From positions 1,002,801-1,066,800 of the forward strand of contig MU004184.1 in NCBI GenBank assembly GCA_010093605.1: 64,000 nt of DNA, given 5' to 3'. The first letter of the stretch is position 1, and every line of letters starts with the position of its first letter. This document shows, piece by piece, positions 12,501-23,910 of the stretch. This DNA comes from Lophium mytilinum. Lineage: Eukaryota. The notes under the pieces were generated by a model. The model made no database searches. It saw only the letters and a list, made by a program, of their open reading frames with translations, and had not been told where the DNA came from. The position numbers and the translations under genes are program-made.

Positions 12501-14384
12501 CTACGACTCTTGAGAGACGCTGGATTGGCTTGATGTGGAGGATGGCCGGCTCATGTACCGGAGCTCTTGCAGCTCCTTCCTCAGCTTCGCGTTCTCGGCC
12601 TCGACTTCATTGATCTTCTTCTCGCGGGCGGCGATCTTCTTCTTAGCCTCTCTGCTCGCCGCGGTCAGAGGATGGTTTGACTTATCCTTCAGTTCAGCGA
12701 GCTCAGCAAGGTGTTGTTCGCGTTCAGCATGCAACTCGTCGATATGATCGTTCAGCTCGGTGCAGTCGCGATCGCGCTCTTCAGTCTTGCTCTGCAGTTC
12801 AGTGATAAGCTTGTCGACTTGCTCTTGGAGCTGCTCGACCAGGGAGTCATCCGAGTTCTTTGCATTCGCAAGCTCTTCTGTAAGGGTAACTTTTTCTGCG
12901 TTGAGAGCTTCGAATTCCACACCTGAAGCAATCTGTTCTTCGAGGGCGGTCTCGAGATCATTCTCTACTTTCTTAAGCTTGGAAGACTCTTCAGCGAGTC
13001 CAGCTTCCAGATCGGAGATCCTAGCCTCCTTCACCGCAAGCTCATTCACGAGCTGGCCGTGCGCTTTAGCAAGCTTAGTCGCATTACCCTTGAAAGCCTC
13101 GTCTTTATCGCGCATTTCCTGGATGAGCTTCTCGCGCTTCTCAGTCTCGATCGCAAGCTCTGCTTCTTTGTCGTGTACGGTCTGCTTAAGACCGGCGACA
13201 TCAGTTGCGAGCTCTGTAACTTGCACTGCCATATCCTCCTCTGTCTTTGTCTTCTGCTTGATCGTGATGGCCTTCTCTAGGAGCTCAGTTTCTTGCTTCT
13301 CGAGCGTCTTGTTTAGCTTCGAGAACTCGGCCGCTTGAGCCTTAGCTGTCTCAGCGCGTTGAGCCTTGGACTCGCTATCGAGCTCCTTCCGAAGCTTCTC
13401 TTTCTGCCAATCGATGTTAACCTGAGTGGTGCTGACCCAACGGGCCTGCGACTCAATCACAGCATCCTTGGCTTCGAGATCGTGGCGCATCTTCTCGAGC
13501 TGGGCTTCCACAGTCCGTAAGCGCTTGTTCTCAGCGCGCAGCGTCCCAATCATCTCATGCAGCAGCTGCAGCTCCTTATTCTCTTTGCGGAGGTCATCGC
13601 GCTCCTCTTCAACAAGCTCAAGCTGCTCGATCCTCAGATGCAGCTGAGCCATCTGCTGACCCGTCTTCTTCCCATCCGTCTCGTACGCATTCTCCTGCTC
13701 CTCAAGTTGCCTGCACGCCGCGTCGATCTTCTCCTCAAGGGCCCAATTCTCGTCTTTCAACTGCTGAACTGTCTGCTCAAGCTCCGTATTCGCGTTCTCG
13801 TACAGCTTTACCTTGCTGGTAGCTTCATCGGCTACCACTCGAATTTCCGCCACAAAGCCTTCGAGAACCTCATTCGTGTGGTAGAGGTTCACGATCTCCG
13901 CATTTGACTTCTTGAGATCCTTCATTGCGTCTTCGCCGATCTCTTCGATGAACTCATTTAGAGTGCGAACCGTTTCCTCCAGCTCGGCCTTTTGGGCGTC
14001 CTTGGGAGGTACGCGCTTTTTCCGGGTTGCTAGGAAGCGGGAGAGCCATGATGTCTTCGCCGCCCCGGTGGCTGTGCTAGTAGCCGTAGTTCCTGAGAGG
14101 AGGCTACCAGCGGGCGTGTTTGGAAGTGTCTGGGGGGAGGGCGCAGTCATGACGGTAATGTCCGAATCATTTGATGTTGTGTCGATCGATTCGGGCTTGG
14201 TGTCGGCAAGATTGGCCTGCTCATTTGTAGAGCTCGTGGCGGACGTTGTGTCTTTAGGGTCTTGAGCGTTCGTAATGTTGACCTCTCCATCGATCAGAGT
14301 GGCTTTCTTGCCCGAGTTACGGAGGACCATATGGGTAAGAACGGGGTTGAAGGGTGCACCCCCTTGAGTAGTTTGAGCTAGCAT
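12501..14384 (-). CDS. Long coiled-coil protein of unknown function
   Basis: Intronless ORF of ~627 aa with an S/T-rich N-terminus followed by E/K/L-rich heptad repeats; TATA-like TATATAGA upstream near 14560 on the minus strand. Confidence 0.75.
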   Translation of the reverse strand: MLAQTTQGGAPFNPVLTHMVLRNSGKKATLIDGEVNITNAQDPKDTTSATSSTNEQANLADTKPESIDTTSNDSDITVMTAPSPQTLPNTPAGSLLSGTTATSTATGAAKTSWLSRFLATRKKRVPPKDAQKAELEETVRTLNEFIEEIGEDAMKDLKKSNAEIVNLYHTNEVLEGFVAEIRVVADEATSKVKLYENANTELEQTVQQLKDENWALEEKIDAACRQLEEQENAYETDGKKTGQQMAQLHLRIEQLELVEEERDDLRKENKELQLLHEMIGTLRAENKRLRTVEAQLEKMRHDLEAKDAVIESQARWVSTTQVNIDWQKEKLRKELDSESKAQRAETAKAQAAEFSKLNKTLEKQETELLEKAITIKQKTKTEEDMAVQVTELATDVAGLKQTVHDKEAELAIETEKREKLIQEMRDKDEAFKGNATKLAKAHGQLVNELAVKEARISDLEAGLAEESSKLKKVENDLETALEEQIASGVEFEALNAEKVTLTEELANAKNSDDSLVEQLQEQVDKLITELQSKTEERDRDCTELNDHIDELHAEREQHLAELAELKDKSNHPLTAASREAKKKIAAREKKINEVEAENAKLRKELQELRYMSRPSSTSSQSSVSQES

Positions 14385-16616
14385 GTTCCTATCCAAGCTA
14401 GAGCTACTTTGCGGACTCAAGTCTGAAATGTTTGGAGGGAAAAAACTGCTACGAGCTGTCTTCTTGAAACTGTGAGTAAGGGTGTAGGTGGCAGATTCAA
14501 GAGAGCAAGAGAAGGCTTCTTGTAGTGTATCGACATGTATCAGCGGAGCCAGGCTCTATATACTTCCATAAGGTGCACAGAGGACAATGTGTAGAATCTG
14601 GCATTGTGCATGAAAAAGTCTGGAGGCTGAAAGAAAACTTCATTGTACGATGGCACAATGTTTCGGCGGCACGATAGATGTGCTTTGGAGATGATGGCGA
14701 ACATAGTGCTAGCTAGAAGACGATGGAATAGACTAGAGGTAAGGATCGTTAAGATTGATCGTGTGGGAGGACGGCGCTGAATGGGCCATGAAAGAAAACG
14801 AGAGGAAGAAAGCGGCCAACATGCAAGATGGAAGAAGCTGGTAGTGGATAGCATCAGACTAGCAGAGAACTAATTAGACCTTCGGCGCAGGGATGGCCTC
14901 CTTGGTGTTTTCAATATGCTCCATTGAAGGCTCGTCTAACAGCTTGAGAATTTCGCGTGTGATAATATCTTTCTCTCCCCAGCATTCAAAGATTGGTCAT
15001 GATGTCAACAACGGTCTTGCACAATGGGGCATCTTTAGCAAGGGGGCATTTTGCGAAAAGTGATACTGGTGACACACGGTATCAAGGAAAAAAAGCGCAG
15101 ATTGGGTTTTTTATGACGTGGAGACTTGTCGTTGAATATGATCTGCTCGATCCGGGATCAGAAGCTTTACCCACGACCATAATAGAAAGTATTCTGCGAT
15201 AAAATGAATCACATTGGTTGAATCTCAAAATAAGACGGCTAGGAGGGAAGAGTGACGCGGGAGATATGGAAGCGATATCGTACGCAATGACTAATGAGCA
15301 ATGCCCGAGATGGCGAGTATCGTTCTTAGGATCGCTTTCCCTGGAGTTCATCTGCCACCTTACCATCGGCGGGGATTCCATTGAAGAGATATCTACAATG
15401 TCGATGCGAAGAACCTATGGGCAAGGTGTTGAGCGAAAGAAGTCGGGGAGGGTTCTAATTGTAACGTCCGGACGAGAATTGTGCCGCTAACGGGGAGTCG
15501 TCTGCGGACCGACATGATGAGCTTCGTTTTCAAGCTAGCGTTTCCGATGAAGAGCCATATAGAGGCCTTGGATTTGAAAATGTATGTAGAAAGTCATCGC
15601 GATTCGAGGAGGGCCGCTGTTGAGTTGATTAACGCGTTTGGCTTGGCTGGGTCTGATTCTGTTGGAGAGCTTTTACGAAGTAAAAAGCCGATCCGACGAA
15701 CGCTCCTGACGAGAAAAGCAGAAGTCGGCCTTAGCAAGCGAATGACCCTGAGGAAACCCGCCCTTATATGATGAAAATGGTGTTCAGCTTAAATCACTTG
15801 CTTGCAAGTAGCGAGAGAATAGCTCTAGAGTAACAAATAAGAAAAGGCAATGCGCAGCTCGACTGCTGCCTATGAAAGGTCCTTCGCTGTCTACTGGTCT
15901 CAGTCTGCTAGAAATTGAGCGCCGCAGAAGACACGAAGTCGCCATCTTGATGGAAGATGCAGGTGTAGGTTGGAAAGGCGGTGAAGAGTGCAGGTGGGAA
16001 TGGGAGCTGGAGGTTTGTGGCTGTCTATGTGGCTTGTGGCTGCGTGCGCTAAGCCCGATTTGCCACTATCCATAAATTAACCTCCACGTATCTAAGGAAG
16101 ACACCATACGCTTCCGAACCCTCAAAGGTTCAGGCAAACTTGCATAACTACACCACAGTTGTAGGCCATTGGTCTCACTAAAAGGCTTTTCAGAATCTCC
16201 TTTTTAAGAATCTCAGGAGCGAGGCTGCCTACTGCGCCCTCTCAGCCCTTCCACCGGTGGGAAAGGGCTTCTGGAACCTGACTCACTCCCAAGACACCGG
16301 TCAGACCAAAGCTTCCTTGGAAGTCTATTTAGTAGAGTAAGACCATACATTTCGTACACCAGGTTTCCTGTCCACTTCTTCTCCACTACGCCGCCAGCAC
16401 TATCCCCACGTGTTCAGCCTTGCGGAACACGTACCCAACACTCGTTCAGTTCGCTGGTAGCAGAGCGCGCCTCCGCTCTATCTCACCAAGTATGAACGTT
16501 CCATTACTTATGTTGTATCGCAATTGGAAAGCTCTGAGAGTGTACTACGATTGGGGTGTCTAAATACTATGAAGCAGCTTACTTACCTTGAAGCTAGAAT
16601 CCTTCCGCCCCAAGCC

Positions 16617-18512
16617 ATGGCGCACCCCTCCCTCCACCAACGGCTCCTTCGGGATATCACCGAGCTCCAAAAGGAGCCATACACGCATTTCTCCACCCAC
16701 ATCAACGACAAGGACCTTACCAAGTTCTGCCTGATCCTGAAGCCTGACGGATTTCGCGCGCTCCACCTCACGGTCGAGATCCCGCCGAACTATCCACTGA
16801 TCGCCCCAAGAGTCTCCATGCAGTCTTCAGTCGTGCACCCAAATGTCTTCCATGACTACATCTGCGCGTCCATTTTGAACACTGAAGAGGGATGGACGCC
16901 GGCGTACACGCTGAAGGCCATTTGCATCCAGCTTCTGAGCTTCTTCTCTGGAGGAGCTATCGAGCAGGATTATGGCGGAAAAGTCGACTTAAGGGACTAT
17001 CAGGCCCAAGCGGACTACAACATGCGGCGCTGGGGTGTTGAAAATAAGTCCACGAAACACAAATGCGAAGAGTGCGGATTCGGAAAGCCACGTCCTGTCG
17101 AAACGAGCGTCGCCGACCAGCTAGCTAGCCTTACTCTATACAATGGAGGTCCAGGGGCCAACGTACCTCACGGCAGAGCAAAGAAGACCCTAAATCTTCT
17201 TCTAAAGTTGCCGGCTGAGCTGCTCTTGCTAGTCGTGGACACTTTGGACACAAAGGATCTTCTTCAGTTAGCCAAAGCTTTTCCGGAGGTCAAAGAAGCC
17301 CTTGAATCCAGCGACTGTATCCGTCTCCGGGAATTGCAATGCTTCACCCTCAAGAAGAGCTTCACAGACGCGAAGCTCGGCGTCGGCGTTGCAATCTTGC
17401 ACCAAGGAAAGGAAGGAACGTTCGCATCCGAGTTCGAGTTACTCAGCCGAGAGGCTTTCGAAAAGCACAAGATCCGCAAATCCATCCACGGCGTGGCTTT
17501 CGACCATTGGTTACCTCTGCCAATCCACCGTAAACATTGGATCGCAGCGAAGCCGGACGTCAACGCTACCCTTGAGATGCTTTCCCGCAAGGCGACTTTG
17601 AGCAAAGTCTTCCCGGAGTACGTGCTGTATCACTTCATGAACAACATTGTTGTTCAATTTAGCCAGGATACGGAGTCGGTCAGCAGGAAGAGCACTTTGA
17701 ACCACGCCTCAGAGAAAGCCGTCGAGGCTTACTTCGCCCTCTTCCACTTGCTGCTCTGCCTCGCGACCGAAAATCAGCAAATTGTTCGGGACGCAAACCG
17801 AATGATCGACGGATTTTTGGGAGGCGCTACGTCGAAGGACAAGTTTCCCAATCTCGGCCTCCTTCTGGTCGCTGCCCTGATTTCCGACAAAGGCCTTACG
17901 AAGGAGCTCAGTTTCGCCGTCATCAGGGAAGCCGTCTTGCGCAACGTCGTCTGGATGCTAGATAGGAAAGGAGCTGGACTGGCAGAGCTGGCCTACGTGG
18001 AGCCTGAATCGAGCTCGAATTACCGTCTAGATAAGACTTTCGAAGCCTCCACGACGTCCTACCGCCTCTTGATGTTCCTCAATCTCTTCTACAGGACAGC
18101 TCGCAAGTCTGACAAGCTAGAGGACCTTCGTGAGACAATGTTCGACAACCACGGCGCGCCTCCGCCCGGGACTGCGGAACGAATGGCGAAACAGATCCGG
18201 GAAATCCGCGAAGTGAAGAACTTCCCTACCTTCTTGACAAACATGGGCTTGGCCGCCCCCGCGAAAGAGGCCTTTGTGGGGTTTTTGAAGCGGACTATCG
18301 CGGATAGTGTTACGGCTGGCTATTCTTCTGAGCCCCTCACACAGTCCCAGTTATATGCGATGAGATGTCGAGTTGAGCCCGGTGTCGGATTAGCTGCGGG
18401 TGTCGCGCCAAGCGTGGGTGCGCCGTCTTCGTTGACTATGATGACTGTTTCTTTCTTTCCTGGACGCCAGAAGTCGAATGCTCCTAGGAACGGGCAGCGG
18501 TGGAGGCGTTGA
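16617..18512 (+). CDS. Ubiquitin-conjugating (E2/UBC) domain fused to an F-box-like motif and an uncharacterised helical C-terminal domain
   Basis: RLLRDITEL...YPLIAPRV...HPNV...ICASIL...WTPAYTL (E2 core with catalytic Cys); LLKLPAELLLLVVDTLDTKDLLQLA (F-box-like). Confidence 0.85.
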   Translation: MAHPSLHQRLLRDITELQKEPYTHFSTHINDKDLTKFCLILKPDGFRALHLTVEIPPNYPLIAPRVSMQSSVVHPNVFHDYICASILNTEEGWTPAYTLKAICIQLLSFFSGGAIEQDYGGKVDLRDYQAQADYNMRRWGVENKSTKHKCEECGFGKPRPVETSVADQLASLTLYNGGPGANVPHGRAKKTLNLLLKLPAELLLLVVDTLDTKDLLQLAKAFPEVKEALESSDCIRLRELQCFTLKKSFTDAKLGVGVAILHQGKEGTFASEFELLSREAFEKHKIRKSIHGVAFDHWLPLPIHRKHWIAAKPDVNATLEMLSRKATLSKVFPEYVLYHFMNNIVVQFSQDTESVSRKSTLNHASEKAVEAYFALFHLLLCLATENQQIVRDANRMIDGFLGGATSKDKFPNLGLLLVAALISDKGLTKELSFAVIREAVLRNVVWMLDRKGAGLAELAYVEPESSSNYRLDKTFEASTTSYRLLMFLNLFYRTARKSDKLEDLRETMFDNHGAPPPGTAERMAKQIREIREVKNFPTFLTNMGLAAPAKEAFVGFLKRTIADSVTAGYSSEPLTQSQLYAMRCRVEPGVGLAAGVAPSVGAPSSLTMMTVSFFPGRQKSNAPRNGQRWRR

Positions 18513-19280
18513 ATGTGGAAGCATGCTGTCTTTGGGAGAAAATCGATGTGGTTTCTGGCACGTGAAGGTTATGTTTCCTTTCATATTATTCTGGGGTACC
18601 TTTCTGATGCTATGAGGCTCTTGGGTAAGCATCCTAGGCTGAAAGCCTCATGGATCTGGATCTTCTCTAATTTTTCATTGAACTTCAGCGATCAGCTTGC
18701 TGTAGTGGAGGACCCTTTAGGTAGCGGTTAGTACACACAAAATGAAGGTTTCTCTACCTAATCCATGAGAGTCCTGATGTGTTACCTGATGCAGGAGTGA
18801 AAAGTCTGACACGTAGATACGTGATCGGTTCGAACCCAATATGACTGGGCAAAGGCAATAACGCGAAAAATGTGCATCTCCGGTCAACACGACGACGCCT
18901 TGCATACAATGTTTGCAACCGCTTGCTCTTATACAAAGGGCGCTTTGGTATGGCATCCGTATATGCAACATAGCTCGGGCTACTGCTAGAATTAGAACCA
19001 GAAGGCAGAAATTTGAGGCTGGCGATGCGAAGAGTTGGAGGACTTCACGCCTTCTTAATACTACGACAAGTGGCCCCCACACGCTAGACCCGATTTATCC
19101 ACACCGTGCCCGTTTACACTGAGCCCTGTCTCCCTCACCCTCTTCGCCAAGAATCAGCCCCCACGACAAGGCTGCATATTTTGACTTTCAGCAATTGCAT
19201 CACCATCATGTCTTCTCCTCTCTTATCAATGGGGCTTTCACTCTCGTGTTCTTCATTGACGCTGTACCTTATTCTACTCC

Positions 19281-22200
19281 ATGGATCCGGTCACTGCCCT
19301 GGGGCTGCTCAGTAGCGTCGCGCAACTTGCCGAAACGTCTTTCAAGATCATCAAGCTACTGGACACGATTAGAGAAGGAGGCAAGTCTCGTCGAAAACTT
19401 TGTGACGAGATCACATTACTATGGATGACGCTACGGAATCTCGAGACCCAGTTCGGACCTCTCTCAGCTGATCAGGATGGGGACTGGATGAAGCCCATCG
19501 ATTCCCTCGCTGATCACAACGGCGTATTTGATCAGCTTCGTACAGCCCTAGACGATGTTTGGGAAAAATTGACAACAAGTGACACGAAACGAGCAAAGAT
19601 GATGCAGACACTCAGATGGCCACTTGACCAGGGCTATGTCGATCGCATTGTCGGAAAAATTGAGCGTCTCAAGACGTTGGTCATTATGGTCATGGGACAA
19701 ACTAGCATTGCGCTGGCCCAAGACATGCGAGGTGATGTGTCTTATGTCACGGAGACCGTCGAGGATGGTAAGTTTAAGAGGATCGTCGACTGGCTCTCGC
19801 CTTGCAACTTTGTACAGAGACAAGAGACCATCACAGCTGCCCCTGGGACAGGCGGCTGGTTCTTCACGAGCGAGCAATTCAAATCCTGGGAGTCAGGAGA
19901 CGACCGCTGGCTGTGGTGCTATGGCATCCCGGGGGCTGGCAAAACATTTCTCGCCTCGACTGCTGCGAACGAGCTACGAAGGCTCCACGAGATCGAAGAC
20001 GACATACTTGTCCTCATCGCATTCTGCAGTTTCGACTCTTCCGATTCTCAGTCAACTGACCATCTTGTTACGGCTCTTCTCAAGCAAATCGTACAATGTC
20101 GCTTGGCACTTCCTGAAAATCTGGAAGTCTTATATAAGAAGCACCACCCACATGGAACAAGGCCTAAACTGCCGGAATTTTGCGATATACTAGGCGCGGC
20201 GATATCCCAAAGTCCGAGGACGTATATCATTATAGATGCGCTTGACGAACTGGCTGATGAATCGAAGCGAGTCACCTTACTTGAGACTATCTACGCTTTG
20301 AAAGGGGACCCTAAAGTAATGATAACCTCAAGAAAGATGGAGAGCATCGCGAATCGTTTCGGATATCCTCTAGCTGACATCTACTGCGACGGCTGCGGCA
20401 CGAAGCGACTTGAGACCTACAACCATTGTGAAGATTGTGTTGATTACGACCTCTGCGATGATTGTCGGCAAAGCGGAGAGATAGGTGGCCACGTCTTTGT
20501 GAGACGATACAGCAGCATCAAAATGCGAATTGCAGCTCAGCCTGAAGACATCAGAACTTACGTAAACAGACGAATCGAAGTAGAAGAAGACCTTCGCCAG
20601 ATGGTGGAGCGGCGGCCTGAGTTGCGAGTTCAGATACTCGATACGATCTTAAAGAATGCCCAAGACATGTATGAAGGCTCGCTTTCTTTGTTGAGCAACA
20701 GCCCGCTAATATTACATCAAGGTTTCTGCTCGCAAGATTCCATATGGACGCACTAGCAGAATGCCTGACCGAGTGGGAAGTTGAAAACGCACTCAATACT
20801 CTGCCTAAAGGAATCAACGGCACCTACGACCAAGCTATGGCTCGAATCAGCAAGCAAAGCCCAAATCGGCAACGAGCTGTGAAGAGGCTTCTTCTGTGGG
20901 TTTCATATGCAGAACGACCTCTCACTGCAAAAGGCATCGAGCATGCCACAGCAGTCCACCGCGGCGTCCGCGAAATTCATTCGGGGCACGTTCTCAGCGC
21001 GAAGACTCTTACCTCGCTGAGTGCCGGGCTTGTTATCATCGACGAGAATGAAATGGTACGTCTAACGCATAAGACTGCAGAGGATTACTTCCTTCACAAA
21101 CGGGTCTCACTCTTTCCCAACGGAGATATCGAGATCGCAGAATGCTGTCTTGCTTACCTCCAACTCGCCGCATTTGAAAATGGTCCCTGCACAGCACCAG
21201 ACGAGTCGGTCGCTTTTGAAGCGCGCCTGAGAAAATATCCGTTTCTGGGTTATGCCGCTGGCAATTGGGGACACCATGCCCGGCGGTGTAAATCGAGTAT
21301 GGACATCATCGCACCGCAAGCACTTATGTTTCTTCGCAGTAAGCAGCTCCTAGAAGCTTCCGTTCAAGCTCTGTGGTACACCGACACCATCTCACTCGAC
21401 AGTTGGGATGTTTCCGGTGGCGTCGACGCTCTACATATTGCCTCTTGGTTTGGACTACACGAAATAGTAGAGGCACTTCTAGATGAGGGCGCTGATCCCA
21501 ACTCCCGCGATTCTCGGAACACAACACCGCTGACATATGCCTGCTTGAAAGGTCATCTCGACGTAACAAATACTCTTCTCGATGCCGGCGCCCACGCGAA
21601 TCTCGTCGATGACCGAGGCTCTACCCCGTTGCATTGCAGCGTGAAGAACCGTTACGTGGACCTTACGCGTAGGCTCATCCGAGAGAAGGATGTGGCGATC
21701 AACGCAACTTATACCTCCTGGAATAACTTCACTGCACTCATCCTTGCGTGTCGGGATGGGGACACCGATCTCGTGAGGGCTCTTCTCTCGCGGTCCGATG
21801 TAGATGTGAACCTCGCCTCCCATACTGCGCATTGGAATCCTCTCATTATAGCCGCCTACAATGATAATAAGGAATGCATTGAAATCTTACTACAGCATCC
21901 CAAGATTGAAAAAGACTACACAGACGCCGGGGGGCGAACGGCCCTTCACTGTGCCGCTAAGACTGGACACATTAAGAGTATGCAGGCATTACTTCAGGGC
22001 GGCGTAAACCCGAACATCAAAGACGCTATGGGCGGGCCACCGATTCATCGAGCTGTAGACGAGAACGAGCTTGCTGCGGTCGACTTCGTGCTCCAACACA
22101 AGGCGAACTGTAACTACACCGACAACTGGGGAAGGAACATCCTCCACGCTGCCGCCCTCACGGCTCGCACTCAGATTCTTCGACTCTTGCTAGTGACTTG

Positions 22201-23152
22201 CAAGGACTTGAATGTCAACGCTCAAGGAAATGATGGGGAAACGCCCTTACATGATGCAGTTCGCGGTGATCACTACTGGACGGCAAAGACCCTACTCGAA
22301 TTTGGTGCGCGCACTGATGTCCTGAATAAGAGTGGTCGAACGCCGGTTCGCGCTGCTCAAGATGCCGGCAATACACGACTCCTCGAGGCATTGAAAGAAG
22401 CTCGCGACAAGGAAATCGCACTGGACGACCAGATTATCGCTCAACTCATCCAAAAGGCAGACACGTTCGCGATAAAGACCGAACAACCGCTTACCTTGGC
22501 CGTCCAGAAGAATGACCTCGAAATACTACGAGAACGTATCGCTCGAGCCAAGATCGACGAGCTCAATGCTTATAGCCCGGATTCAAAGCATACGCCACTC
22601 CACATTGCATGCGTATATCGCGACGTAGAAGTCGTAAAGTTATTGCTGGAGGCAGGGGCCTTTGTGGATCCTATCGATACTTGGGGGCAAACACCATTGT
22701 GCATGGGATGCGCTGGAGGGAACTTAGATATCGTCCAGCAGCTCGTTAAGTATGGTGCGGACGTCAACAACTCTTCCTATACTCCTTGGGAAATTGCTCT
22801 GACAAACGACCCGAAAGCTGCTGTGTTTCTGCTCGCACAACCGCAAACCAAAATCGACAGGGCTAGCGATTTGATCGCTAAGGGTCTGGGCTGGGCTGCT
22901 GCTCTGGGCAATCTAGAAGCTTGCAAGAGGTTGGTTAAGGCTGGAGCACCGATTCAGCTAAAGAGTACCAATGGGATGACGCCGATTCAGGTCGCGAAGA
23001 ATTATGGTCATAAAGAGGTGGAGCAGTTTTTGTTTGAGGCGGCGGCAACGCAGAAAGCGTTGTCGAGCCCCGGAGTAACGCCTCTTGCTTCTCCCAAAGA
23101 TGAGATAAATATTGGTGACAGGGAGGGTGGCGTTGGACACCCACCTGGGTGA
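19281..23152 (+). CDS. Fungal NLR: HeLo-like N-terminus, NACHT with inserted ZZ finger, winged helix, many ankyrin repeats
   Basis: MDPVTALGLLSSVAQL N-terminus; Walker A GIPGAGKT, Walker B IIIDALDE, ITSR; intron 20669..20721 restores the MFLLARFHMD motif; more than 12 TPLH-type ankyrin repeats. Confidence 0.93.
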
Positions 23153-23910
23153 TAACCGACCTCCATGAAGGGCTCAGGGATTTATGGAGTTGGTCAAGGC
23201 GACATAGACTTGAATCAGGACTATGATGGCTGAAGTGGGCTTTTGGAAGGTCTTGAGCTTGTTCTTGCAATTCGCAAAGGCCCTTTGATTAGTGGCCACA
23301 TCTATCATGCCTCGAAGCAAGTAGGATTATGATAGGTTCAAGCATGTATTCAATACTAGAACATGAATGCGTACATACTCAACTCACTTGAGTTTTGGAT
23401 TCTTACATATATAGACATACACACATATGCCGGTGTTCCTCTTAAGACGTCGTCAAAGCGGCGTACGAATTCGAATAGGTGTAAACTGACCGACTGGTAC
23501 ACATTACTGATCTTTTTGAAAGATTGTTCAAGCATGCTACTTGTAGCTAGAAAAATGAAGCTATGACAACTCATCAAGCTGTAACGTGAGAGCGTGTCAT
23601 CGCGGAGCAAGGGTGATGACGCGATGAAGGGGAGAACCCGAGGGCTAGTTACGAAGTAGCCGAGTATTTACCTTCATCAAGCCTTCAACAACCTTGCCTA
23701 AATCTACCTTCAACACTTCAATACATGCTTCCTTAGGCTACAAAATCCATGCAACGAATCTGCATCTCTAGGCTACCAATTTGCATGCAACGGGCTCCAC
23801 CCAGCCTCCCTCCCAGCCTCCTCACCCACAGCTTCACGATCCACCCCACTAAACCCCTCCCCCACATCCCCGCCAACCTCAACACCAACACCCCCCGATA
23901 CCTCACCACC

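Noticed and set aside
12535..14265. Plus-strand Ser/Leu-rich ORFs
   Set aside because: Antisense shadows of the coiled-coil gene; the same applies to most short ORFs overlapping the real genes
18815..18845. tRNA-like GGTTCGAACCC T-loop/B-box
   Set aside because: The T-stem is mismatched and no acceptor, D or anticodon arms can be built
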